IMG/VR virus record: IMGVR_UViG_3300032116_000170 | Source of the DNA: an uncultured virus (IMG/VR IMGVR_UViG_3300032116_000170) | Lineage: Duplodnaviria > Heunggongvirae > Uroviricota > Caudoviricetes | Strand: one strand, 5' to 3' | Length of the DNA: 64,000 nt | Shown: positions 8,799 to 16,944 of the stretch, piece after piece | How the letters are laid out: every line of letters starts with the position of its first letter | Position numbering within the stretch: position 1 is the stretch's first letter | Position numbers and translations under genes: made by a program | The notes under the pieces: generated by a model | Told to the model about the DNA's origin: nothing | The model's input: the letters and a program-made list of their open reading frames with translations, nothing else | The model's database searches: none

Positions 8799-9731
8799 AT
8801 GGCAATTTCACGCGCACAACTGCTCAAAGAGCTGCTCCCCGGTCTGAACGCCTTGTTCGGTTTGGAATACGCACGCTACGGCGAAGAGCACAAAGAAATC
8901 TACGAAACCGAGAAATCGGAGCGTAGCTTTGAAGAAGAAACCAAGCTGTCCGGCTTTGGTGCTGCACCTGTCAAGCAAGAAGGCGCAGCCATTGCTTATG
9001 ACAACGCGCAGGAAGCATTCACTGCTCGCTACACTCACGAAACCATCGCTTTGGGCTTCTCCATCACTGAAGAAGCTGTGGAAGACAACCTGTATGACAG
9101 TCTGTCTGCCCGCTACACCAAGGCTCTGGCTCGCGGTATGGCCTTCACCAAGCAGGTCAAAGCTGCTTCCGTGTTGAACAACGGCTTCTCCGGCGCTTTC
9201 CCCGGCGGTGATGGCGTTTCCCTGTTCGGTAACAACTCTGGCGGCTCTCGCGTTGGTCACCCACTCGTGGGCGGCGGCGTGAACTTCAACAGCCCAACTA
9301 CCGGCGTTGACCTGAACGAGACTTCAATCGAAAACGCAACGATCCAGATCGCTGCTTGGGTTGATGAACGCGGCCTGCTGATCGCTGCCAAGCCAGTCAA
9401 GTTGGTGATCCCCCCATCACTGATGTTCGTTGCCAAGCGTCTGCTTGACACTGAGCTGCGTGTTGGCACTGCTGACAACGACATCAACGCGTTGAAGCAG
9501 ATGGGCACCGTCTCTGGCGGCTACACCGTCAACCACTTCTTGACCGACACAAACGCTTGGTTCCTGACCACAGACGTTCCAAACGGCCTGAAGCACTTCG
9601 AGCGTTCTGCTTTGCAGACTTCGATGGACGGTGATTTCGACACCGGAAACGTTCGCTACAAGGCCCGCGAGCGCTACAGCTTTGGCTGGTCGGATCCGTT
9701 GGGCATTTGGGGTTCTTCAGGCTCGAACTGA
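8799..9731 (+). CDS. Major capsid protein (Mu gpT-like, HK97 fold)
   Basis: MAISRAQLLKELLPGLNALFG start, YKARERYSFGWSDP end; strong RBS; followed by terminator. Confidence 0.9.
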   Translation: MAISRAQLLKELLPGLNALFGLEYARYGEEHKEIYETEKSERSFEEETKLSGFGAAPVKQEGAAIAYDNAQEAFTARYTHETIALGFSITEEAVEDNLYDSLSARYTKALARGMAFTKQVKAASVLNNGFSGAFPGGDGVSLFGNNSGGSRVGHPLVGGGVNFNSPTTGVDLNETSIENATIQIAAWVDERGLLIAAKPVKLVIPPSLMFVAKRLLDTELRVGTADNDINALKQMGTVSGGYTVNHFLTDTNAWFLTTDVPNGLKHFERSALQTSMDGDFDTGNVRYKARERYSFGWSDPLGIWGSSGSN

Positions 9732-9760
9732 TGAAAACCAAGTAACCATGCGGGTTACGG

Positions 9761-9787
9761 GAGGGGGCTTCGGCCCCCTTTCTTTTT
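9761..9787 (+). terminator. Intrinsic terminator after capsid gene
   Basis: AGGGGGC-TTCG-GCCCCCT followed by TTCTTTTT. Confidence 0.9.
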
Positions 9788-9791
9788 GTAT

Positions 9792-9820
9792 TTGCGTTAT
9801 CCATTCGCCTGTGGTACACT
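9792..9820 (+). promoter_or_regulatory. Sigma70-type promoter TTGCGT-17-TACACT
   Basis: 17-bp spacing, upstream of the GIY-YIG gene. Confidence 0.55.
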
Positions 9821-9870
9821 TTGATTACGGAACAGGACGTTACCTGTGTCAAAGTCCAGAGGCAGTCAAT

Positions 9871-10599
9871 ATGCGGTGTATTTACAAAATCATCAACGTC
9901 GTCAACAACAAGTTTTATGTCGGAAGTGCCGTAAATTACGAAAAGCGCAAAGCAAGGCACCTTTGGCGGCTGCGGCGCGGTGATCACGCCAACAAGCACC
10001 TGCAAGCTGCATGGGCAAAGTACGGAGCGCAGGCGTTTGTGTTTGCGGTAGTTGAGGAAGTTACCCCTGACAGCGATCTACTGGCAGCAGAAAACGTCTG
10101 GCTCAAAGAGCACGTAGGCAAGGACTACTGCTATAACATTGCGACAGATGCCACGGCCCCTACTAGGGGGTGTTTTGGGGAAAAAAACCCTATGTGGGGG
10201 AAAACTTTTTCGCAGACCTCCGATGCCAAGCTGCGCATCGGCATCGCGTCCAAAGCACGCGTGCAGTCTGAGGAAGAGAAAACAAAGCGCCGCGCAACCA
10301 TGCGAGGTAAGCCCCAGTCAGCCGAGGTCAGGGCCAAGATCAGCGCCACACTCATGGGTGAAGGTAACTTCTGGTTTGGTAAGAAACGGCCGGACCACGG
10401 GGCCAAAGTCAGCAAGGCTGTGGAGGTCACGGACAGCGAAGGTCGAAAAGAAGTATTTCCCAGCATTGCCAAGCTGCGAGAAGTGTTGGACATCAAGCCA
10501 CCTACCGTCAACCGGGCGTTGAAGTCTGGCCAGCCATTAAGTCGTGGGCCTTTGAAGGGTTGGTCTTTTAAATATGTTGACACCCCCTCTGCCCCGTGA
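9871..10599 (+). CDS. GIY-YIG homing endonuclease with NUMOD3-like repeats
   Basis: CIYKI..NNKFYVGS...R..H; NPMWGKT, MRGKPQSAEVRAKIS, NFWFGKK repeats; C-terminal HTH. Confidence 0.9.
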   Translation: MRCIYKIINVVNNKFYVGSAVNYEKRKARHLWRLRRGDHANKHLQAAWAKYGAQAFVFAVVEEVTPDSDLLAAENVWLKEHVGKDYCYNIATDATAPTRGCFGEKNPMWGKTFSQTSDAKLRIGIASKARVQSEEEKTKRRATMRGKPQSAEVRAKISATLMGEGNFWFGKKRPDHGAKVSKAVEVTDSEGRKEVFPSIAKLREVLDIKPPTVNRALKSGQPLSRGPLKGWSFKYVDTPSAP

Positions 10600-10605
10600 T
10601 ACAAA
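10577..10605 (+). promoter_or_regulatory. Sigma70-type promoter TTGACA-17-TACAAA with extended -10
   Basis: Consensus -35 within the last codons of the endonuclease gene. Confidence 0.6.
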
Positions 10606-10612
10606 CACACAA

Positions 10613-10690
10613 CCCCGGACTTATCCGGTGTATCTGACAGCTCCGGGCTGACGTCATGCAGACAGATGCACCTCAACCGCATGAGGAAAC
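10613..10690 (+). ncRNA. Candidate structured 5' leader (three interlocked stems)
   Basis: 10614-19/10642-47, 10627-36/10663-72, 10654-59/10679-84 are complementary; the last overlaps the RBS. Confidence 0.55.
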
Positions 10691-10694
10691 TATC

Positions 10695-11027
10695 ATGGCA
10701 TTGACCACCTTCTCCGGCCCAGTACGCTCTTTGAACGGCTTCATTGCTGGCAACGGCAACACCATCACCAAAGTTCTGTCGGCCTCCGCTTCTTTGGATT
10801 TCGCTTCCATCAACGCTGGTGCTCAAGCCAGCCTGACCATCACTGTTACCGGCGCTGCCGTTGGTGATGAAGTCATCATGGCCCTGCCTGCTGCCCCCGC
10901 TGCTGGCTTGGTGTTTAACGCATTCGTCTCGGCCACCGATACCGTGACCATCCGTGCGTCCAACATCTCTGGCTCTCCTGTGGACGCTGCCGCTGCAACA
11001 TACGGCGTTATTGTCATCGCAGCTTAA
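10695..11027 (+). CDS. Putative virion structural protein (head fibre/decoration-like)
   Basis: MALTTFSGPV start, GAGGA RBS, Ala/Thr/Val-rich. Confidence 0.65.
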   Translation: MALTTFSGPVRSLNGFIAGNGNTITKVLSASASLDFASINAGAQASLTITVTGAAVGDEVIMALPAAPAAGLVFNAFVSATDTVTIRASNISGSPVDAAAATYGVIVIAA

Positions 11028-11070
11028 TTGATCTCAGGGGTTTAGGCCCCTGCTTTACAGGAGATTGATT

Positions 11071-11349
11071 ATGGGTATGCAAACCGACATTAAAGCCGTA
11101 TCGTTGGCGGCGTCTGGCACTGCGTTTAACCAGCGCACACGTATTCGTGGCGCGTTGATTGAGCCCGGCACCAGCGCGGGTTCTGTTGTCTTCAGAGACG
11201 GCGGAGCCAGCGGGGCCATCGTTATGACCATCAACACTTCGGCCAACGGCGAGACTTTTTCAATGGTCATTCCCGCTGACGGCATCGTTTTTCAGACTGA
11301 CGCATACGTTACTCTGACCAACGCCAAAGTGACGGTGTTCTATGCCTAA
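11071..11349 (+). CDS. Small beta-rich putative structural protein
   Basis: AGGAG RBS; late operon. Confidence 0.65.
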   Translation: MGMQTDIKAVSLAASGTAFNQRTRIRGALIEPGTSAGSVVFRDGGASGAIVMTINTSANGETFSMVIPADGIVFQTDAYVTLTNAKVTVFYA

Positions 11350-11596
11350 GACTCCAGCATGGCAGCGCAAAGAGGGCAAGTCCGAGAAGGGCGGCTTGAA
11401 CGCCAAGGGACGGGCCTCGTACAACAAAGCGAACCCCGGCAAACCCGGCCTGAAGGCTCCCCAGCCCGAGGGCGGCAAACGCCGCGACTCTTTTTGCGCC
11501 CGGATGGAGGGCATGAAAAAGAAACTGACCAGCGAGAAGACGGCCAAAGACCCCAACTCGCGGATCAACAAGAGCCTGCGGGCTTGGAAATGCTAA
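11342..11596 (+). CDS. Small basic protein (DUF6321-like)
   Basis: GGLNAKGRAS, RRDSFCARM, SLRAWKC motifs. Confidence 0.6.
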   Translation: MPKTPAWQRKEGKSEKGGLNAKGRASYNKANPGKPGLKAPQPEGGKRRDSFCARMEGMKKKLTSEKTAKDPNSRINKSLRAWKC

Positions 11597-11599
11597 ATC

Positions 11600-11848
11600 A
11601 TGGACTTGCCAGTCTGGAACACCGTCCTGTCGTTTGCTTCGGCATTGCTTCTGTTCTGGGTAAAAATCTCCCATGACGAAGTCAAGCGCTTGTCCATCTT
11701 GCTGAGCAAGACCCGGGAGGAGCACTCCGACAAGTTCGTGACCAAACAGGACATGCACAACGACATCAACCGAGTGCTTACTCGTTTGGACCGGCTTGAA
11801 GGCAAGATCGACGACTTCATGAAGGAGCAGCGAAGTGCCATCAGTTAG
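11600..11848 (+). CDS. Small protein with N-terminal TM segment and coiled coil
   Basis: Hydrophobic residues ~5-22; LDRLEGKID heptads. Confidence 0.65.
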   Translation: MDLPVWNTVLSFASALLLFWVKISHDEVKRLSILLSKTREEHSDKFVTKQDMHNDINRVLTRLDRLEGKIDDFMKEQRSAIS

Positions 11849-12218
11849 CAAAAAACAACACAACTTCATGGCGGCGGTGGCGAATAACCCAGCGTTTGCT
11901 AAGAAGACCGGGGTGCCCGCCTCAGTGGGCAAAGAGTTCATCAACGCGGACAAGGGCCGCAAATTTAAAGAAGGTGGCGATATGAAAGAGTCCAAAGCAA
12001 TGGTGAAGAAGGAAATCGGTTTCATGAAGAAAGCCGGTGCACCTAAGTCCATGATCAAACACGAGATGGCTGAAGCCAAGGGCAAGCCGTTCGCCAAGGG
12101 CGGCATGACCAAAATGGGCGCGGTCAAGACTGCTGCCCCAAGCAAAGACGGTATTGCCTCCAAAGGCAAAACCAAGGGCACCATGGTCAAGATGGCCCGT
12201 GGCGGCAAAGCCTGCTAA
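11835..12218 (+). CDS. Lys-rich protein with FKEGG, FAKGG, DGIASKGKTKG, MARGGKAC motifs
   Basis: GTG start with AAGGAG RBS; member of tagged array. Confidence 0.75.
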   Translation: MPSVSKKQHNFMAAVANNPAFAKKTGVPASVGKEFINADKGRKFKEGGDMKESKAMVKKEIGFMKKAGAPKSMIKHEMAEAKGKPFAKGGMTKMGAVKTAAPSKDGIASKGKTKGTMVKMARGGKAC

Positions 12219-12227
12219 GGAGCAGCC

Positions 12228-12446
12228 ATGAGCCCAGCAGAACGCGAAGCCCGCCAGATGATGGCGGACAAGAAGGCAGCCGAGGCAGCCGAAAAGGCTT
12301 ACAACGCCGCCAGCACTACACCCCCCAAGCCAGCCCCCGCAAGGAAGATGGCCAAGGGCGGCGTGACTCGTGCTGACGGCTGCGTGACCAAGGGTCACAC
12401 CAAAGGCACCATGGTCAAAATGGCCTACGGCGGCAAAGCCTGCTGA
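12228..12446 (+). CDS. Small basic protein with MAKGG-RADGC-KGHTKG-MAYGGKAC tail
   Basis: AAGGAG RBS; shared C-terminal module. Confidence 0.75.
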   Translation: MSPAEREARQMMADKKAAEAAEKAYNAASTTPPKPAPARKMAKGGVTRADGCVTKGHTKGTMVKMAYGGKAC

Positions 12447-12457
12447 GGAGAAGAATC

Positions 12458-12724
12458 ATGGGACTGAAACTCGGTGACGTATCCCCTCTGGCCGGAATGT
12501 TGACCGGCGAAGGCGCGATGGGCAAGCTCATCGGCAAAGGTTTTGGCGGCATCCTGCCAGCGGCTATTGCACGCAGCGCCCAGAAAGACGCGGCTGAAGA
12601 AGAGCGCCAGAAGGCCATTGCGGCTTCTGCGCAGGGCCAGCCCATGAAAAAGGGCGGCATGACGGCGTCTAAACGTGCCGACGGCTGCGCTCAGCGTGGC
12701 AAAACCAAAGGCCGGATGGTGTAA
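12458..12724 (+). CDS. Small protein with MKKGG-ASKRADGCAQRGKTKGRMV tail
   Basis: GAGGAG RBS; shared C-terminal module. Confidence 0.75.
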   Translation: MGLKLGDVSPLAGMLTGEGAMGKLIGKGFGGILPAAIARSAQKDAAEEERQKAIAASAQGQPMKKGGMTASKRADGCAQRGKTKGRMV

Positions 12725-12726
12725 CC

Positions 12727-12930
12727 ATGAGCGATACACCACGCATGCGGCCTGCCAAAAAGATATACGAGGATATGCTCAATGAGCCAACTCGTCCGTC
12801 TGCGGGGCACACATCCAAAGCCATGGACATGGCCGACAAGATGTTTGCGCCTGTCAAAAAGGCCAAAGGCGGGGTGACTCGCGCAGATGGTTGCGTGACC
12901 AAGGGCCACACAAAGGGGCGATTCGTATGA
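12727..12930 (+). CDS. Small protein with KAKGG-VTRADGCVTKGHTKGRFV tail
   Basis: Shared C-terminal module; tight gene packing. Confidence 0.7.
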   Translation: MSDTPRMRPAKKIYEDMLNEPTRPSAGHTSKAMDMADKMFAPVKKAKGGVTRADGCVTKGHTKGRFV

Positions 12931-13202
12931 TGTCCAGCCGTGGTATGGGGGCCATCGCCCCTTCCAAAATGCCCAAAGGCAAGCGCACAGCTCGCCGGGA
13001 TGACACCGACTTCACGCAGTACGCTGAAGGCGGCAAAGTCAATGCGGCTGGCAACTACACCAAACCCGGTTTGCGCAAGCGGATCGTGAGTCAAGTCAAA
13101 GCTGCTGCAACGCATGGCACAGGCGCAGGCCAGTGGAGCGCGAGAAAAGCGCAGCTTGTGGCCAAGAAATACAAGGCCGCTGGCGGCGGATACCGAGATT
13201 GA
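12927..13202 (+). CDS. Small basic protein (SRGMGA, YAEGG, GQWSARKAQ motifs)
   Basis: ATGA-coupled start. Confidence 0.7.
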   Translation: MMSSRGMGAIAPSKMPKGKRTARRDDTDFTQYAEGGKVNAAGNYTKPGLRKRIVSQVKAAATHGTGAGQWSARKAQLVAKKYKAAGGGYRD

Positions 13203-13215
13203 ACGGAGAGATGCT

Positions 13216-13533
13216 ATGAAAAAAATTGGCAGAAAACCTACTGACGATCAGATGCTTGAAGGCGGCGGTGGCGGTGGCGGTGGCGGTGGCGGGCGTGGAT
13301 TTACGTTTAACCGCATAACAGGAAGCCGATCTGCAAAAGACCGCAAAGAATCCGAAGATCGTGAACCAGAGCTGTCTGGGGGCCTGTCATTTAGAGGTTC
13401 AGATTATGGCCGTGAGTACGGCGGACGAACTGGGCGTACAAGCGACGACTACAAAAAAGGCGGCGCGGTTTCTGCCTCCAAACGTGCCGACGGCTGCGCC
13501 CAGCGTGGCAAGACCAAAGGTCGGATGGTGTAA
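13216..13533 (+). CDS. Poly-Gly protein with YKKGG-ASKRADGCAQRGKTKGRMV tail
   Basis: GGAG RBS; last 54 nt nearly identical to 12671-12724. Confidence 0.7.
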   Translation: MKKIGRKPTDDQMLEGGGGGGGGGGGRGFTFNRITGSRSAKDRKESEDREPELSGGLSFRGSDYGREYGGRTGRTSDDYKKGGAVSASKRADGCAQRGKTKGRMV

Positions 13534-13766
13534 TGAAAGCGCCCCAGCAATCCCTCAAAGACTGGGGCGACCAGAAATGGCGCACCAAGAGTGGGAAGCC
13601 GTCCTCCAAAACTGGAGAGCGCTATTTGCCGGAGAAGGCGATAAAATCGCTCAGCCCCGCAGAGTATGCGGCCACCACAAGAGCCAAACGTGCTGGTAAG
13701 GCGGCGGGCAAACAGTTTGTGGCCCAGCCCAAGACCATCGCCAAAAAGACAGCGAGCTTCAGATGA
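13533..13766 (+). CDS. Small basic protein (DUF5872-like)
   Basis: QQSLKDW..QKWRTKSG, TGERYLP, GKQFV motifs; TAATG coupling. Confidence 0.6.
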   Translation: MKAPQQSLKDWGDQKWRTKSGKPSSKTGERYLPEKAIKSLSPAEYAATTRAKRAGKAAGKQFVAQPKTIAKKTASFR

Positions 13767-14377
13767 CAACCACAGACGCATATTTGGCAGGACTTTTTGA
13801 TGGCGAAGGGTGTGTTTCGATGCACCTCGCAAAAGCAGGGTACGTGTCTGTGCAGGTCAAGGTGTCGATGTGCGATCGCGCCCCTGTAGCAGCGCTGTTT
13901 AAACGCTTTGGTGGCAGCATGGCGGATGGGCAGCAGCAAACCAAAACCGGTCGAAACATTTTTACGTGGTCCGTGTTTAATGCGGAGTGCGTGGAAGCCC
14001 TCCGTGTTTTTTCGGAGTTGTGTTTGGTGAAAAACGTGGTTGCCGCTGCCGCACTACCAACTGCGGAAAACATGGCAGCTAACCCTACTCGTGGGGTACT
14101 GTCCCAAGCTGAAAAAGGCGCAAGAGTAGAAGCTGCGCAGCTCATTGCCCGCATCAACAAACCGGTCGGTAGCCGTCGTGTGTTGGATGCTGCTGCGGTT
14201 GATGCGTACATGCGACCAAAACGTATGGGTGGCGGCAAGCGCGTACGGCTATCTGATGGTCGAATCTTTGACACCACGCAGTCCGCCGCTGATGCGTTAG
14301 GAGTTTCTATTTCTGCGGTATCCTTGGCTAAACGCAAAGGCACCCGTACAGCGGGCTTACTGGTGGAGGCCGCATGA
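13763..14377 (+). CDS. Single-motif LAGLIDADG homing endonuclease-like protein with C-terminal HTH
   Basis: YLAGLFDGEGCV at N-terminus; FGG motif; GRIFDTTQSAADALGVS. Confidence 0.75.
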   Translation: MTTTDAYLAGLFDGEGCVSMHLAKAGYVSVQVKVSMCDRAPVAALFKRFGGSMADGQQQTKTGRNIFTWSVFNAECVEALRVFSELCLVKNVVAAAALPTAENMAANPTRGVLSQAEKGARVEAAQLIARINKPVGSRRVLDAAAVDAYMRPKRMGGGKRVRLSDGRIFDTTQSAADALGVSISAVSLAKRKGTRTAGLLVEAA

Positions 14378-15072
14378 CAACATCTGGCGTTGCAAATTTT
14401 ACGTTGGATTTAGCAGAAATCGTCGAGGAGGCGTTTGAGCGCGTGGGCTCGGAGATGCGTACGGGCTACGATTTGCGCACGGCTCGCCGGTCGCTGAACC
14501 TGATGTTTGCTGACTGGGCCAACCGTGGCATCAATATGTGGACGTTCGAGCAGGGCTCCATCAACCTGATACCGGGCCAAGCGACATATAACCTCCCCGC
14601 CGACACTGTGGACTTGCTTGAGCACGTCATTCGTACAGGCGCGGGCAGCGCTTCAACACAGGCTGACCTGACCATCACCCGGATCAGCGTCTCGACCTAC
14701 GCCACGATCCCCAACAAGCTCCAACAGGCCCGTCCGATTCAGGTCTGGATTGAGCGCCTGAATACCCCACGCATCACCGTCTGGCCTGTGCCAGATAACT
14801 CTCAGCCCTACACCTTCGTGTACTGGCGCTTGAAGCGCATCCAAGACGCTGGCAACGGCGTCAACACGATGGACATGCCGTTCCGGTTCTTACCCTGCAT
14901 GGTGGCAGGCTTGGCTTATTACTTGGCCCTGAAGGTGCCCGGTGGAGCTGAGCGTCTGGGTGTTTTGAAAGAGCAGTATGATACGGCGTGGCAACTGGCT
15001 GCAGATGAAGACAGAGAAAAAGCCGCAATTAGATTCGTTCCACGTCGCCAGTACATCGGGGGCGGTACGTAA
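14374..15072 (+). CDS. Head-tail adaptor (P22 gp4-like)
   Basis: EIVEEAFERVG...ARRSLNLMFADW; position in neck module. Confidence 0.6.
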   Translation: MTTSGVANFTLDLAEIVEEAFERVGSEMRTGYDLRTARRSLNLMFADWANRGINMWTFEQGSINLIPGQATYNLPADTVDLLEHVIRTGAGSASTQADLTITRISVSTYATIPNKLQQARPIQVWIERLNTPRITVWPVPDNSQPYTFVYWRLKRIQDAGNGVNTMDMPFRFLPCMVAGLAYYLALKVPGGAERLGVLKEQYDTAWQLAADEDREKAAIRFVPRRQYIGGGT

Positions 15073-15462
15073 ATGGGCAATCGTTTTGCCAGTGCCAAGA
15101 ATTCGATTGCGCAGTGTGACCGCTGCGGCTTTCGCTTCAAGCTCAAGGAGCTACGCAAGCTGGTTGTAAAGACCAAGATCAACAACGTCTTGGTGTGCAA
15201 CTCCTGTTTTGACCCGGATCACCCACAACTGCAGCTCGGTATGTACCCAGTGGACGACCCACAAGCGGTGCGTAACCCCCGCAGGGACACAACATACGTG
15301 ACGGCCGGAACCAACGTGGCAGGTTTTCCAACAGGCGGCAGCCGGGACATTCAGTGGGGCTGGGCCCCCGTTGGGGGTTCCCGATTCTTCGATGACGCGT
15401 TGACACCAAACACTTTGGTATTGACTGCCGCAATCGGTCAAGTGACAATCTCAACATCCTAA
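15073..15462 (+). CDS. Zn-ribbon protein (CDRC...CNSC)
   Basis: Two CxxC pairs, then DHPQ and DPQAVRNPR. Confidence 0.65.
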   Translation: MGNRFASAKNSIAQCDRCGFRFKLKELRKLVVKTKINNVLVCNSCFDPDHPQLQLGMYPVDDPQAVRNPRRDTTYVTAGTNVAGFPTGGSRDIQWGWAPVGGSRFFDDALTPNTLVLTAAIGQVTISTS

Positions 15463-15472
15463 GGAGTTCATC

Positions 15473-15649
15473 ATGGACGCAAAGAAAGCAGTTCGCAAAC
15501 ACGAGGCCAACATGCACCCCGGTCAAAAGCCTACCAAGCTGCGTGCTGGTGGTAAGACCAACAGCGACATGCTGAAAATGGGTCGCAACTTGGCTAAAGT
15601 CGCCAACCAAAAAGCGCCGACCCGTACCGTGCGCGGAACAGGCATCTGA
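15473..15649 (+). CDS. Small basic protein, 58 aa, LRAGG motif (not in ORF track)
   Basis: AAGGAG RBS; MDAKKAVRKHEANMHPGQKPTKLRAGGKT... Confidence 0.7.
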   Translation: MDAKKAVRKHEANMHPGQKPTKLRAGGKTNSDMLKMGRNLAKVANQKAPTRTVRGTGI

Positions 15650-15651
15650 TC

Positions 15652-15855
15652 ATGGCCACATCCTACAAAACCAAACCGGCCCCCAAGCAGGCCGTGCTGC
15701 CCAAGGTCAACGCCATGAAGCACATGGCGGACACCAACGTGACTGTGGCCAATAACCATAGCAACGAGTACCCCGGCGTCAAAACCTCGGGTATCAAGAT
15801 TCGTGGCACTGGCGCGGCCACCAAGGGCGTCATGGCCCGTGGCCCAATGGCATGA
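15652..15855 (+). CDS. Small basic protein ending RGTGAATKGVMARGPMA
   Basis: Tight packing; tail resembles the array module. Confidence 0.7.
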   Translation: MATSYKTKPAPKQAVLPKVNAMKHMADTNVTVANNHSNEYPGVKTSGIKIRGTGAATKGVMARGPMA

Positions 15856-15863
15856 GGTAAGGC

Positions 15864-16526
15864 ATGACCTACACCGAGTTGCAAGCAGCGATCTGCGATT
15901 ACACGCAGAACTTTGATCAGGACTTTGTTTCAAACATCCCGGTGTTTGTACAGCAGGCCGAGCAGCGCATTTTCAACACGGTGCAGTTTCCTTCGTTGCG
16001 TCGCAACGTGACAGGGGCTACTTCCTCCAACAACAAGTATCTGGCTTGCCCAGCCGACTTCTTGGCGTCTTATTCCATCGCTGCGGTGGCTCCTGACGGC
16101 TCCTACGAGTATTTGCTCAACAAGGACGTCAACTTCATCCGGCAGGCGTACCCCACCCCTTCTTCCACCGGGTTCCCCAAGTACTACGCGCTGTTTGGCC
16201 CGTCTTTTGCCAACAGTGATGAGCTGTCGTTCATTTTGGGTCCAACGCCTGATGCGCGGTATGTCGTGGAGCTGCACTACTTCTTCTACCCCGAGTCGAT
16301 CTCCGTGACGGCTGATGGGCGGACGTGGCTGGGTGACAACTTTGATACGGTGCTGCTGTATGGCTCTTTGGTTGAAGCGATCACGTTCATGAAGGGTGAG
16401 CAAGACATGGTGGCTTTGTACGACGGCAAGTACAAAGAGGCGCTCGCACTTGCAAAACGTCTGGGTGACGGACTCGAAAGACAAGACGCTTACCGCTCTG
16501 GGCAGTACCGACAGGCGGTGACTTGA
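15864..16526 (+). CDS. Adaptor/neck protein
   Basis: MTYTELQAAI..., GPTPD, TWLG...LLYGSL motifs; GAGG RBS. Confidence 0.6.
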   Translation: MTYTELQAAICDYTQNFDQDFVSNIPVFVQQAEQRIFNTVQFPSLRRNVTGATSSNNKYLACPADFLASYSIAAVAPDGSYEYLLNKDVNFIRQAYPTPSSTGFPKYYALFGPSFANSDELSFILGPTPDARYVVELHYFFYPESISVTADGRTWLGDNFDTVLLYGSLVEAITFMKGEQDMVALYDGKYKEALALAKRLGDGLERQDAYRSGQYRQAVT

Positions 16527-16527
16527 T

Positions 16528-16935
16528 ATGGCGTTTGACCAAACTCTCACCACGCAGGCCAAGTTCATTGCACTGCAGGCTCTGGCTACAGGCACGCTCA
16601 AGATGGCCTTGTATACCGCCAATGCGGACCTTGGCGCTGGCACGCTGGTGTACACCACAACCGATGAGGTTGTTGGTACAGGCTACACTGCTGGCGGCAA
16701 TACGCTGACCAACGTGACGGTTCAGCAGTCTGGCACAACGGCTTTTTTGGACTTCGACAACGTGGTCTGGAACCCGGCCAGCTTCACTGCACGCGGTGCG
16801 CTTATCTACAATACAAGTCTTGGCAATTTGGCCGTGGCGGTGTTGGACTTCGGGGCCGATAAAACGACCACCACAACTTTCACTGTGCAGACACCGGCCA
16901 ACACGGCTGACGCTGCGCTCATACGTTTCGCATAA
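16528..16935 (+). CDS. Tail/fibre-associated structural protein
   Basis: KMALYT, EV.GTGYTAGG, ARGALIYN, VLDFG motifs. Confidence 0.6.
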   Translation: MAFDQTLTTQAKFIALQALATGTLKMALYTANADLGAGTLVYTTTDEVVGTGYTAGGNTLTNVTVQQSGTTAFLDFDNVVWNPASFTARGALIYNTSLGNLAVAVLDFGADKTTTTTFTVQTPANTADAALIRFA

Positions 16936-16944
16936 GGAGCGATC

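Noticed and set aside
11835..13533. Repeats with unique intervening sequence resembling a CRISPR array
   Set aside because: Repeats are in-frame coding, vary at synonymous sites and are irregularly spaced; no cas operon
9871..14377. Group I introns or inteins around the GIY-YIG and LAGLIDADG genes
   Set aside because: Flanking genes are complete; TerL, PolA and helicases show no intein-sized insertions or splice motifs
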